Shown: positions 30,446-39,762, numbered from the stretch's first letter. The stretch: 64,000 nt of DNA from an uncultured Verrucomicrobiae bacterium (GCA_963719495.1 CAVRCI010000004.1:32001-96000), one strand, 5' to 3'. Translations and numbers: made by a program. Notes: generated from the sequence alone by a model not told the origin.

Positions 30446-31653
30446 CCTCAGGGGCTTTTACCGTCCCGCTCTTTCGGGCGTTGTGGTCGGCGGCGTTGGT
30501 CTCGAATTTCGGGACTTTGATGCACGCGACGGCGGCGGCTTGGTTGATGACGACGTTGACTTCGTCGCCGTTGCTGGTTGCGCTGGTGCAGACGGCGGCG
30601 ACGGCTCCGGCTTTGCTCGTGGGGCTGGCGGGTGGGGTGCTGGCCGACACGTTGGATCGGCGGGTTTGGCTGATCCTGATGCAGGTTTGGATGATGTTGG
30701 TGACCGCGGCGCTGGGGTTACTGACCGTCTTTGGGATGGTGAATCCTGCGATTTTGCTGGGGCTGACGTTTTTGCTGGGGGTCGGGATGGCGCTGAATCT
30801 GCCTTCGTGGCAGGCGCTGGTGCAGGACGTGGTGGCCCGGGAGCAGGTGGCTTCGGCGGTTTCGCTGAACAGCATCAGTTTCAATCTCGCGCGGAGCGTG
30901 GGGCCGGCGGTGGGGGGATGGCTGACGGGGGCGTTCGGGGCTGGGGTGGTGTTTTTGCTGAACGCGGGCTCGTTTCTCGGGACGGTGGGGGTGTTGGCGG
31001 CCTGGCGGCGTCCTCGCCCGGAGCGGAAGGCTCGGCGGTCGTTGCGGTCGGTTTTTGCGGAGGGTGGACGGTTCGTTTGGTCGGACCGGCGGGTGCGGTC
31101 GGCGATGGCTCGGGCGGCTTTGTTTGTGCTGTGCGCGAGTTCGGTGGGGGCTCTGTTGCCGCTGTTTGTGCGGGATGAATTGGGTTTGCCGGTGGCGGGT
31201 TACGGGACGCTGCTCGCGCTTTACGGCGGAGGGTCCGTGGTGGGCGCGCTGGCTCTGGCGCGATTGCGGACTTGGTTCAGCGTGGAACGGATCGTGGGGG
31301 TTGCGAATTTGATCTACGCGGGGACGATCCTCGGGCTCGCGGCGGCTCCGAACGAATGGCTGGCTGGGGTGGCGATGGTGGTCGCGGGGGTTTGCTGGAC
31401 CGGGATGTTGGTGAATCTCAACGTGACCGTGCAGATGGCGGCTCCCGAGGCGGTGCGGGGGCGGGCGATGTCGTTTTACCTGCTGACGTTTCAGGGGTCG
31501 TTCGCCGTCGGGAGCGCGGTGGCCGGAGGGCTGGCGGGAGTGGTGGGATTGCGCGGGGCGCTGGTGGTTTGCGCCTGCGGGATGGTGGCGGGGTGGGCGG
31601 TGCGGGGGTGGTTGCCGCTGGGGGAGGGCGTTTGCGTGATTGGTGAGGGGTGA
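30439..31653 (+). CDS. MFS transporter (MFS_3/H+ antiporter-like)
   Basis: FRALW, GGVLADTLDRR, PSWQA, SLNSISFNLARSVGPA; about 12 TM helices. Confidence 0.9.
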   Translation: MRTSGAFTVPLFRALWSAALVSNFGTLMHATAAAWLMTTLTSSPLLVALVQTAATAPALLVGLAGGVLADTLDRRVWLILMQVWMMLVTAALGLLTVFGMVNPAILLGLTFLLGVGMALNLPSWQALVQDVVAREQVASAVSLNSISFNLARSVGPAVGGWLTGAFGAGVVFLLNAGSFLGTVGVLAAWRRPRPERKARRSLRSVFAEGGRFVWSDRRVRSAMARAALFVLCASSVGALLPLFVRDELGLPVAGYGTLLALYGGGSVVGALALARLRTWFSVERIVGVANLIYAGTILGLAAAPNEWLAGVAMVVAGVCWTGMLVNLNVTVQMAAPEAVRGRAMSFYLLTFQGSFAVGSAVAGGLAGVVGLRGALVVCACGMVAGWAVRGWLPLGEGVCVIGEG

Positions 31654-31692
31654 ATGGTGATTGGTGGGGATGCGGCTGCTTCGCAGTCCCAA

Positions 31693-32568
31693 TCAGATCA
31701 TCGACTCGACGTAGCGTTTTACCGCGTCTTGCCAGGGTGGGGGGGTGATGCCGGTGGTTTTTTCGAATTTTTCCGTGCTGAGGACGGTGTAGGGGGGGCG
31801 TTCGGCGATGAACGCCTTCAAGTCCGTGAGTTTTTGGGGGCGGACGGTCGTTGTCTTTAAATGGGCTCCGGCTTGTTGGGCGCATTGGAGGGCGTGTTCG
31901 CCGTATTCCTGCCAGGTGCAGGACCCTCCGTTGCAGAGGTGGTAGAGGCCGGGGGGGGCGTCGACTTCGAGGAGGGCTTCGAGCCAGGTGGCCAGGTCGT
32001 CGGTGTAGGTCGGGGTGGACCACTTGTCGGCGATGGCGGCCACGGTGTCGTCGCCGCGGGCTCGGGCGAGGATCATGTCGACGAAGCTGGCGCGGTCTGG
32101 GCCGAAGACCCAACTCACTCGGGCGACGATGGCTTTGGGATCGGCTTGTTCGACGGCTCGTTCGCCGGCGGCCTTGGTGTTGCCGTAGACGCTGAGGGGG
32201 CTGACGGGGATGTCTTCGGTGTAGGGGGTGGTGCGGCGGCCGTCGTAGACGTAGTCGGTGCTGACGTGGAGGAAACGGGTGTCGTTGGCGGCGCAGAGGG
32301 CGGCCATGCGGGCGGGGGCGTCGACGTTGACGGCCTCGGCCTCGGCGGGGTCGTTCTCGCAGGCGTCGACGTTGGTGAAGGCGGCGCAGTTGACGACGTG
32401 GTCGAAGCGGGGTTTGCGTAGGGCTTGATCGAGAGATTTGGCTTTCCTGAGGTCGAGGTCGGGACGGGCGAATCCGGTGACGTCGTGGTGCGGGGACCAA
32501 AGACGGACGAGAGCGGCACCGAGGCGTCCGCGGGATCCGATGATGGCGATGCGGCGGCGGTTCGTCAT
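31693..32568 (-). CDS. rfbD: dTDP-4-dehydrorhamnose reductase
   Basis: GSRGRLG, NCAAFTNVDACE, HVSTDYVYDG, YGNTKAAGE; start MTNRRR (32568) overlaps the rfbB stop. Confidence 0.94.
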   Translation of the reverse strand: MTNRRRIAIIGSRGRLGAALVRLWSPHHDVTGFARPDLDLRKAKSLDQALRKPRFDHVVNCAAFTNVDACENDPAEAEAVNVDAPARMAALCAANDTRFLHVSTDYVYDGRRTTPYTEDIPVSPLSVYGNTKAAGERAVEQADPKAIVARVSWVFGPDRASFVDMILARARGDDTVAAIADKWSTPTYTDDLATWLEALLEVDAPPGLYHLCNGGSCTWQEYGEHALQCAQQAGAHLKTTTVRPQKLTDLKAFIAERPPYTVLSTEKFEKTTGITPPPWQDAVKRYVESMI

Positions 32569-33539
32569 CGGTCGAGGAGCGGCTGCCACCACGGGGCGTT
32601 GTCGCGATACCAGTCGATCGTCTCGGTGAGGCCGGTGCGGACGTCGTGAATGGGTTTCCAATCGAGCTGGGTGCGGATTTTGGAACTGTCGATGGCGTAG
32701 CGGCGGTCGTGGCCGAGGCGGTCGGTGACGAACTCGATGAGGGTGGGGGGTTTTTCCAATTGCTCGAGGATGTGGTGAACGACTTGGAGGTTCTCGAGTT
32801 CTGAGTCGGCGCCGACGTTGTAGACCTCGCCGGGAGTGCCTTCGAGGAGGACGGCGAGGATGGCGCGGCAGTGGTCGTCGACGTGGATCCAGTCGCGGAC
32901 GTTGAGTCCGTCGCCGTAGACGGGGAGGCGCTCGTCGGCGAGGGCGCGCGTGATCATGAGGGGGATGAGTTTTTCGGGGAATTGATAGGGGCCGTAGTTG
33001 TTCGAGCAGCGGGTGACGACGACTTCCTGGCCGAAGGTGTGGTGGGCGGCGAGGGCGAGGAGGTCGGCTCCGGCTTTGCTGGCGGAGTAGGGCGAGGAGG
33101 GGACGATGGGCGAGGTCTCGGAGAAGCGACCGCTGGGGCCGAGGGAGCCGTAGACTTCGTCGGTCGAGACCTGGACGAAGCGTTTGATGTCGTGGGCGCG
33201 GGCGCACTCGAGGAGGACCTCGGTGCCGGCGACGTTGGTGCGGATGAAGTCGGACGGGCCGCTGATGCTGCGGTCGACGTGGGTCTCGGCGGCGAAGTTG
33301 ATGACGGCAAAATACTTGTGCCGGGCCATGATCTCGTCGATGGCGGCGCGGTCGGCGATGTCGGCCTGGCAGAATTCGTAGCGCCGGTCGCCCTCGGCGA
33401 TGTCGGCGAGGTTATTGGGGTTGCCGGCGTAGGTGAGGGCGTCCACGTTGGTGACAAATTCCGGCTGATAATGTTCGAGGATAAAACGCACGAAATTACT
33501 GCCGATGAAGCCGGATCCGCCGGTGACGAGGAGTCGCAT
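32565..33539 (-). CDS. rfbB: dTDP-glucose 4,6-dehydratase
   Basis: TGGSGFIGSN, LTYAGN, AAETHVDRS, STDEVYG, YSASKA, NNYGPYQFPEKLIP; start MRLLVTGG (33539). Confidence 0.96.
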   Translation of the reverse strand: MRLLVTGGSGFIGSNFVRFILEHYQPEFVTNVDALTYAGNPNNLADIAEGDRRYEFCQADIADRAAIDEIMARHKYFAVINFAAETHVDRSISGPSDFIRTNVAGTEVLLECARAHDIKRFVQVSTDEVYGSLGPSGRFSETSPIVPSSPYSASKAGADLLALAAHHTFGQEVVVTRCSNNYGPYQFPEKLIPLMITRALADERLPVYGDGLNVRDWIHVDDHCRAILAVLLEGTPGEVYNVGADSELENLQVVHHILEQLEKPPTLIEFVTDRLGHDRRYAIDSSKIRTQLDWKPIHDVRTGLTETIDWYRDNAPWWQPLLDR

Positions 33540-33584
33540 GGCGGGGGTTCTAGCAGAGCGAGCGCGACGGGCGCAACTTCTGAC

Positions 33585-33917
33585 GTGGGGGTTCATTATG
33601 CGTGTCAGCGCTGCGGGAACTGCTGTCGGTGGCCGGGATTTGTGCGGCTGAGCGAGGCGGATATTTCCGCGATCGCGAAGTTCGAGGGGGTCGGAGAGGT
33701 CGATTTCATCAGGGACTACACGCGATTGCGTCCGAGGCGGGATGGGCTGGCTCTGATGGACAAACCGAACGGGGAGTGCGTGTTTTTGGACGGGATCGAG
33801 TGCCGGATTCAGGCGGTGAAACCGGAGCAATGTCGGGGATTCCCCAATGCGTGGAACTTCGAGGGCTGGCGGGACGTGTGCGAGGCGGTGCCGGTGCCGG
33901 GGAAAGTCGGTGGTTGA
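33585..33917 (+). CDS. YkgJ-family cysteine-cluster (CxxCxxCC) protein
   Basis: CQRCGNCC, CVFL, C.I...KPEQCRGFP; GTG start is tentative. Confidence 0.85.
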   Translation: MGVHYACQRCGNCCRWPGFVRLSEADISAIAKFEGVGEVDFIRDYTRLRPRRDGLALMDKPNGECVFLDGIECRIQAVKPEQCRGFPNAWNFEGWRDVCEAVPVPGKVGG

Positions 33918-33956
33918 AGGTTGCTGGATGATTGGAATTCGGTAGCGTCGCGGGAC

Positions 33957-34793
33957 ATGGCCACGCAACTTTCCCCGACGACTCGTCTTTCCAATGGCGC
34001 GGATCTGCCCCTCCTGGGCTTCGGCACTTACAATCTCAAGGCCGGGAAGGAGGTCGAGCGGGCGGTGTCCGAGGCGTTGGAAATCGGCTACCGCCACATC
34101 GACACGGCGTCGTTCTACGAGAACGAGGAGGGGATCGGGAAGGCGATCCGGGCGAGTGGGATCGCGCGGGAGGAGATTTTTTTGACGACCAAGATTTGGA
34201 CCGACGACATGCGCGGCGGCGAGGACGGGGTGACGGACGCGTTCGAGCGGTCGCTGGAGCGGCTGGGGCTCGATTACGTGGATCTGTATCTCACCCACTG
34301 GCCGGTGCCGAAGTATTACGTGAAGGCCTGGCGGACGCTGGAGGAGCTTTTCGAGGACGGGCGGGCGCTCGCGATTGGGGTGAGTAACTGTCTGGAGCGG
34401 CACTTGGAGGCGATCTTCGACGGCTCGTCGGTGGTGCCGATGGTGAATCAGATCGAATATCATCCGCGGCTTTTGCAGCCGGAGTTGGTCGATTTTTGCA
34501 AGGAGCACGAGATCGTGGTGACGGCGTGGACGCCGCTGGGGCAGGGCGAGCTTTTTTCGAATCCGGTGATCAAGAAGATCGCGGCGGCGCACGGGAAGAC
34601 GGCGGCGCAGGTGATCCTGCGGTGGGACACGCAGCACGGCGTGGTGACGATTCCGAAGTCTTCGCACAAGCAGCGGATGGCGGAGAATTTCGACATCTTC
34701 GACTTCACGTTGTCGGCGGTGGAGATGGCGGAAATCGACTCGCTGGATCAGGGCGAGCGGGTCGGGCCGGACCCGGAAGACTTTGCTTTCTGA
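33957..34793 (+). CDS. Aldo/keto reductase
   Basis: GYRHIDTASFY.NE, TTKIW, DYVDLYLTHWP, IGVSN, NQIEYHP, IPKS. Confidence 0.95.
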   Translation: MATQLSPTTRLSNGADLPLLGFGTYNLKAGKEVERAVSEALEIGYRHIDTASFYENEEGIGKAIRASGIAREEIFLTTKIWTDDMRGGEDGVTDAFERSLERLGLDYVDLYLTHWPVPKYYVKAWRTLEELFEDGRALAIGVSNCLERHLEAIFDGSSVVPMVNQIEYHPRLLQPELVDFCKEHEIVVTAWTPLGQGELFSNPVIKKIAAAHGKTAAQVILRWDTQHGVVTIPKSSHKQRMAENFDIFDFTLSAVEMAEIDSLDQGERVGPDPEDFAF

Positions 34794-34805
34794 GGTGAGG
34801 TTTTG

Positions 34806-34900
34806 TCCGCAGATTAAACAGAAGGACGCAGATTTTTTTGTGAGGTTTGGCTCGCGGAACCCTGGTTATTAATCTGCGTCACTCTGTTTAATCTGCGGAT
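34806..34900. repeat. Inverted repeat of the CGCAGAT..ACAGA type
   Basis: tccgcagattaaacaga..gacgcagatt ... aatctgcgtc..tctgtttaatctgcgga; related single arms at 62314-62354 and inside dnaX near 38736-38763. Confidence 0.65.
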
Positions 34901-34907
34901 CCTTGGT

Positions 34908-35669
34908 ATGAATTCGGCGGTTTTGGAGGTCGAGGGGCTTCGGAAGGAGTTTGGGGGTAACGCGGTGGTCGAGGGGCTTTCGTTCGCGGTGCGTCCGGGG
35001 GAAATTCTGGGGCTCTTGGGGGTGAATGGGGCCGGGAAGACGACGGCGATGAACATGATTCTTGGACTGGTCGAGCCGACGGCGGGGACGATCCGGGCGT
35101 TTGGGCTGCCGATGCCGAAGGAACGGGTTGCCATTCTCAAGCGGGCGAATTTTTGTTCGAGCTACGCGGCTCTGCCTTCGAATTTGCTGGTTTGGCAGAA
35201 CCTTTGGGTTTTTGCGCTGATGTATGGCGTGCGGAAGCCGAAGCGGCGGATCGAGGAATTGCTGGAGCTGCTCGAGATCGGGCATTTGCGGAATCGAGTG
35301 ACGGGTCACCTTTCTGCCGGGGAATCGACGCGGGTGAGTCTTTGCAAGGCGATGATCAATTCGCCGGAATTGCTGATGCTCGACGAGCCGACGGCGAGCC
35401 TCGATCCGGACATCGCCGACAAGGTGCGCAAGACGTTGCGGCGGGCGCAGCGGACGGACGGGATCACGATGCTCTACACTTCGCACAACATGCGGGACAT
35501 CGAGGAGGTGTGCGACCGGGTGATCTTCATTCACCACGGTAAGGCGATCGCGGAGGGGACGCCGGCGGACGTGGTGCGTGGGTCGTCTGACGCTTCGCTC
35601 GAGGCGATGTTCATTCGACTGGCTCGCGAGGGCGATCTGGAAGGGGTTCCGGGGGAGGCGGCGAAATGA
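34908..35669 (+). CDS. ABC-2 type transporter ATP-binding protein
   Basis: GVNGAGKT, LSAGE, LDEPT, SH. Confidence 0.95.
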   Translation: MNSAVLEVEGLRKEFGGNAVVEGLSFAVRPGEILGLLGVNGAGKTTAMNMILGLVEPTAGTIRAFGLPMPKERVAILKRANFCSSYAALPSNLLVWQNLWVFALMYGVRKPKRRIEELLELLEIGHLRNRVTGHLSAGESTRVSLCKAMINSPELLMLDEPTASLDPDIADKVRKTLRRAQRTDGITMLYTSHNMRDIEEVCDRVIFIHHGKAIAEGTPADVVRGSSDASLEAMFIRLAREGDLEGVPGEAAK

Positions 35670-36466
35670 TCTCGGTGGGGGTGATGAGCGGGTTGGTCCT
35701 GCGCTACGCGTTGCTCTACACGCGGACGTGGGTGCGGCTGGTCGAGCTGTTCTTCTGGCCGATCGTGGATCTGCTGGTGTGGGGATTTCTCACGAAATTT
35801 CTACAGCAGCAGACGACGGGGGCGTTTCCCCAATTCATCACGTTTCTCATCGGCGCGATGATTTTTTGGGACGTGCTGTTCCGGGCGCAGCAGGGGCTGG
35901 CGATGTCGTTTTTGGAGGACGTGTGGACGCGGAATCTGCTGAACGTCTTCGTCGCGCCGGTGCGGCCGTTCGAATACGTGGCGGCGACGGCGATCATCGG
36001 GACGCTGCGGGTCGCGGTCACGGTGAGTGTGTTGGCGGTGCTGGCGGTCGTAGCCTACGCGTTTCGGCTGTGGGATGTGGGGTGGGAATTGATTCCGTTC
36101 TTCGCGAATTTGCTGATTTTCGGCTGGTCGCTGGGGATGATTTCCGTGGCGTTGATTTTACGGTGGGGGCAGGCGGCGGAGTCGCTGGCTTGGGCGGTGC
36201 CGTTCCTGGTGCAGCCGCTGTCGGCGGTGTTTTATCCGGTCGAGGTGTTGCCGGGTTGGTTGCAGCCCGTGGCGTTGGCGCTGCCTTCGACGCACGTCTT
36301 CGAGGGGATGCGGGCGATTCTGGCGGGCGGGGGGACGCCCTGGGGTGGGCTGGCGTGGGCCTTCGGCCTGAACGTAATCTACGCGCTGGTGGCGGGTCTG
36401 ATTTTCGCGGCAGTGCTCGCGCAAGCCCGCCGGAGCGGCGGACTGGTCAAGATCGCAACCCACTGA
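35666..36466 (+). CDS. ABC-2 type transporter permease
   Basis: About 6 TM helices, VFYPVEVLP.WLQ; 4-bp overlap with the ATPase gene. Confidence 0.92.
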   Translation: MISVGVMSGLVLRYALLYTRTWVRLVELFFWPIVDLLVWGFLTKFLQQQTTGAFPQFITFLIGAMIFWDVLFRAQQGLAMSFLEDVWTRNLLNVFVAPVRPFEYVAATAIIGTLRVAVTVSVLAVLAVVAYAFRLWDVGWELIPFFANLLIFGWSLGMISVALILRWGQAAESLAWAVPFLVQPLSAVFYPVEVLPGWLQPVALALPSTHVFEGMRAILAGGGTPWGGLAWAFGLNVIYALVAGLIFAAVLAQARRSGGLVKIATH

Positions 36467-36485
36467 CCCCCCGAAGCTGCATCAC

Positions 36486-36521
36486 TGCAAAACTTTGGTG
36501 CGGCCGCATCAAAGTTTTGCA
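36486..36521. repeat. 36-bp near-perfect palindrome, left copy
   Basis: TGCAAAACTTTGGTGCGGCCGCATCAAAGTTTTGCA, one mismatched pair, ends 11 bp before the ATG at 36533. Confidence 0.92.
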
Positions 36522-36532
36522 AGGGTTCGAGG

Positions 36533-37312
36533 ATGAAGCCGAAGACTGAGCTGTTTTTGTATCAATTGGCGTGGACGGCTGGCGCGGTCATGCGTCCGAC
36601 GTTTCGCAATCTCAACGAGTCTTTCGAGGGATGGTGTTACCGCGAAGGGCTGTTGCGGCAGGTGGCGACTTTGGAACGGGAGGCTCTGATCGAGGTGTCC
36701 GGGGATGGATTGAATCGGGTTTGCCGTCTAACGGAGCGGGGGCGACTCCACGCGCTTGGCGGATTGAATCCCGTGGAGAGATGGGAGCGTTCCTGGGACG
36801 GGATGTGGCGGATGGTGTTGTTCGACCTTCCGGAAACGAAGCGGGCTCTGAGAAATCGGCTTCGCAAGCTGTTGCGGGAGCGTCGCCTTGGGTGTTTGCA
36901 ACAGAGCGTCTGGATCTCCCCGGACCCGACTGACTCGCTCGTCGAAGCGGTGCGCGGGACCGTGGATGTTCCCGACGTCCTCGTGTTCATGGAGGGGAGG
37001 ACGTGCGCGGGGGAGGAAGCGGCGCGATTGGCTGGGTCGGCGTGGGATTTTGCCGCCATCAACGAGCGGTGGTTGGCCTACGAGCGGCACTTGAACGCGC
37101 TGCCGACAAATCGGTCCGCCGATCTGGCCGCGGAGCTGAAGGCTTGGTCGGTCGTCGAACGTCAGCGCTGGCTGCAGTGTCGCCGGGCGGACCCTTTCCT
37201 ACCCGAGGCACTCTTGCCGAGTTCCTACCGAGGCCGGGAGGTGTGGGAGCTACGCTCGAGAACCCTGGCGAAGGCCTCGAAACGAGCCAAAGATGCCATG
37301 ACAAAACTTTGA
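36533..37312 (+). CDS. PaaX-family protein (wHTH, central Cas2-like domain, PaaX C-terminal domain)
   Basis: RLTERG, WDGMWRMVLFDLPE, LGCLQQSVWISP, AWD, DPFLPEALLP; no paa genes nearby. Confidence 0.85.
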   Translation: MKPKTELFLYQLAWTAGAVMRPTFRNLNESFEGWCYREGLLRQVATLEREALIEVSGDGLNRVCRLTERGRLHALGGLNPVERWERSWDGMWRMVLFDLPETKRALRNRLRKLLRERRLGCLQQSVWISPDPTDSLVEAVRGTVDVPDVLVFMEGRTCAGEEAARLAGSAWDFAAINERWLAYERHLNALPTNRSADLAAELKAWSVVERQRWLQCRRADPFLPEALLPSSYRGREVWELRSRTLAKASKRAKDAMTKL

Positions 37313-37334
37313 TGCGGCCGCATCGAAGTTTTGT
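37301..37334. repeat. 34-bp near-perfect palindrome, right copy; contains the PaaX-like stop codon
   Basis: ACAAAACTTTGATGCGGCCGCATCGAAGTTTTGT; TGA at 37310-37312. Confidence 0.92.
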
Positions 37335-37397
37335 AAAGCGGTTGGGTTGGGTAGTCGGGGTTGGACAGGGAATTTTGGGGTGGGGTAGGTTCGGGGT

Positions 37398-39242
37398 GTG
37401 AGTTATCGCGTTTTTGCCCGGAAGTATCGTCCCCAGACTTTTGAACAGGTCGTTGGGCAGGAACACATCACGCGGACGCTGCAGAATGCGATCAAGGCAG
37501 AGCGGCTGGCGCAGGCTTACCTTTTCGTGGGGCCTCGGGGGATCGGGAAGACGTCGACGGCTCGGATTCTGGCGAAGGCGTTGAATTGCGAGCGGGGGCC
37601 GACGATCGAGCCTTGCGGTGAGTGCGACGCGTGCCGGGAGATCGCGGAGGGAATCGCTCTGGACGTGCTGGAGATCGACGGGGCGAGCAACAACTCGGTG
37701 GAATCGGTGCGGGAACTGCGGGAGAACGCGGCGTATGCGCCGGCGCGCGGGCCTTACAAAATTTACCTCATCGATGAGGTTCACATGCTGAGCACGGCGG
37801 CGTTCAACGCGCTGCTCAAGACGCTGGAGGAGCCGCCGCCGCACGTGAAGTTCATCTTTGCGACGACGGAGGCTCAGAAGGTGCCGGCGACGATCACGAG
37901 TCGGTGTCAGCGCTTCGATCTGCGGCGGATTCCGGCGGATCTCATCGCCGCGCATCTGCAGGCGATCGCGAAAAACGAGTCGGTGGAGCTGGGGGACGAG
38001 GCGGCGGCGGCGATTGCGAAGGGCGCGGACGGGGGGTTGCGCGACGCGGAGTCGATGCTGGATCAATTGGTGGCGTTCTGCGGCGAGGTGATCACGGAGG
38101 ACGACGTTCTCACGGTGTTTGGGTTCACGGCTCGGGAGACGGTGAACGATCTTTGCGCGCGAATGTTTGCGCTGGATGCCTCGGCGGCGCTGGCGCTGGT
38201 GGCGGATCAGGCCGAGGCCGGGCGGGATTTGTCGCGCTTGCTTTCGGACGTGATCGCGCATTTGCGGGATTTGTTGGTTCGAAAGGTTCAGCCGGTGGGC
38301 GCGGCGGGGGACGGGGTGGATGGCGATCAGGCCGAGGCGCTTTCGCAGGATAAATTGATCTTGCTGCTCGAGCACTTTGCGGAGACCGAGGGGCGGTTGC
38401 GGTGGGCGACGGATAAGCGGCTTTATCTGGATGTCGCGGTCATCAAAGCGGTGCATATTTTGGAGGAGACGACGCTCACGGACGTGATCGACGCGCTGGC
38501 GGCGATCGGGGAGGGCGGGGAGCCGGTTCATCGGTTGCGGGTGTCGGACCGGGCGGCGGAGAAATTGGCGGAGGCTCGGAATCCGCTGCCGGCGCGGGCG
38601 GTGCCGGCGCGACGGGAGGTGCCTTTGGCGAAAGAGGTTGCGGAGGTGAAGCGGGAGGTGCCACGTCCGGAGACTGTCGCGGTGCCGCGGACCGCCAAAG
38701 TTGAGGAAGAAGTTCCTAATACCAATACGGAAAAGACCGCGGATTTTGCGGAGAGCGCGGATGATACAAATACAAATACGGAGGCTCCCGAGGAGGTGGC
38801 TTCGAGTGGGGGGGGGGCTGGTCCCGCGGACGTTTGGGTGAAATTGGCCAAGGAGTTGGCGACTGAGTCGGTGATTCGGTTTGGTTGGCTGGAGCGGGGG
38901 GAGTTTGTCGGGTTCGAGGGTGGGCGGTTGAGGGTTCAGTTTCCGGCTTCGCTGGCGGAGAATACGACTTCCTTTTTCTGGCCGGATTTGCAGAAGACGG
39001 CGGAGGCTCGGTTGCGCGACGCTCTGGGCGAAAAGGTCGAGTTTGTCTGTGATTTCTCGGAGGCGATGACGGAGGCGAGTGCGCCCTGGGAGGAGGACCA
39101 AGCGGCCGAGCCGGAGGTTGTGAAGCCGGTGGCGGAAAAAGAGGAGCCGAAGGCCGATGCGATGGAGACCTTCCGGGATGATCCGCTCATCCGGAAAGCG
39201 ATTGAAGTCTTCCGGGCGGAAATAGAGACTCCCGCCTCATGA
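37398..39242 (+). CDS. dnaX: DNA polymerase III subunit gamma/tau
   Basis: ARKYRPQTF..VVGQ, GPRGIGKTS, CxxC Zn motif, EIDGASNN, DEVHML, SRC. Confidence 0.97.
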   Translation: MSYRVFARKYRPQTFEQVVGQEHITRTLQNAIKAERLAQAYLFVGPRGIGKTSTARILAKALNCERGPTIEPCGECDACREIAEGIALDVLEIDGASNNSVESVRELRENAAYAPARGPYKIYLIDEVHMLSTAAFNALLKTLEEPPPHVKFIFATTEAQKVPATITSRCQRFDLRRIPADLIAAHLQAIAKNESVELGDEAAAAIAKGADGGLRDAESMLDQLVAFCGEVITEDDVLTVFGFTARETVNDLCARMFALDASAALALVADQAEAGRDLSRLLSDVIAHLRDLLVRKVQPVGAAGDGVDGDQAEALSQDKLILLLEHFAETEGRLRWATDKRLYLDVAVIKAVHILEETTLTDVIDALAAIGEGGEPVHRLRVSDRAAEKLAEARNPLPARAVPARREVPLAKEVAEVKREVPRPETVAVPRTAKVEEEVPNTNTEKTADFAESADDTNTNTEAPEEVASSGGGAGPADVWVKLAKELATESVIRFGWLERGEFVGFEGGRLRVQFPASLAENTTSFFWPDLQKTAEARLRDALGEKVEFVCDFSEAMTEASAPWEEDQAAEPEVVKPVAEKEEPKADAMETFRDDPLIRKAIEVFRAEIETPAS

Positions 39243-39553
39243 ATATTCAAAAGATGCTCAAGCAGGCTCAGGAAATGCAGGCAAAGATGGCTTCGGCGCA
39301 GGCCGAGCTTGGTGAAAAGACGGTGGAGTCCAGCGTGGGTGGCGGGAAGGTGACCGTTGTCGCCAACGGTGCGGGTGACGTGCTTTCGATCAAGATCGAT
39401 CCGGCGGTGGTGGATCCGGACGATTGCGAGATGCTGGAGGATTTGGTGCTGAGTGGGGTTCAGCAGGCGATCGGGGAAGCGAAGGCGATGGCTGGCGAGG
39501 AGATGGGGAAGCTGACCGCCGGGATGAATATTCCCGGGTTGCCGGGGATGTAG
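39239..39553 (+). CDS. ybaB: YbaB/EbfC nucleoid-associated protein
   Basis: MLKQAQEMQ, GGGKV.V, DP.D.EMLEDLV; coupled to dnaX. Confidence 0.95.
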   Translation: MNIQKMLKQAQEMQAKMASAQAELGEKTVESSVGGGKVTVVANGAGDVLSIKIDPAVVDPDDCEMLEDLVLSGVQQAIGEAKAMAGEEMGKLTAGMNIPGLPGM

Positions 39554-39653
39554 GTGGTCGAAGGTCGCGGGTCTCGAGGTCGAAAGTCTCGATTTGAGGC
39601 TTCGCCTTCGGGTTGGTTCGGCAGTCGGAGCGAAGCGGAGACAGGCGAAGCCA

Positions 39654-39760
39654 ATTGCAAATCGCCGCTCCTTGATGTTCGGCTCTCTCGCTTCGCTCGA
39701 ATTGCCGGGGGTGCCGCGGCGGGACGCCGCGGCTCGCACGCGGGACGCGTGCGCTCCCCA
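39654..39760. repeat. Composite REP cluster between convergent genes
   Basis: attgcaaatcgccgctccttga ... gcggc-gggac-gccgc ... gcacgc-gggac-gcgtgc-gctcccc. Confidence 0.8.
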
Positions 39761-39762
39761 GT

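Noticed and set aside
31693..34667. Fused or extended RfbB (700 aa) and RfbD (504 aa) ORFs, and extended MrpC/MrpG ORFs
   Set aside because: Artefacts of upstream start choice; the real starts overlap neighbouring stops or give normal lengths
36533..37312. Phenylacetate catabolism repressor (paaX symbol)
   Set aside because: Family similarity only; no paa genes in the window
36486..37334. Palindromes as CRISPR repeats or integron attC sites
   Set aside because: Only two copies about 780 bp apart and no cas1. They are too short for attC, have no extrahelical bases and no RYYYAAC match, and there is no integrase.
37335..37397. SRP RNA or tRNA often found upstream of dnaX
   Set aside because: The gap is only 63 bp of G-rich sequence without the conserved motifs
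39131..39145. GGAAAAAGAG as the dnaX -1 frameshift site
   Set aside because: Not the A AAA AAG heptamer, and it lies only about 35 codons from the normal stop
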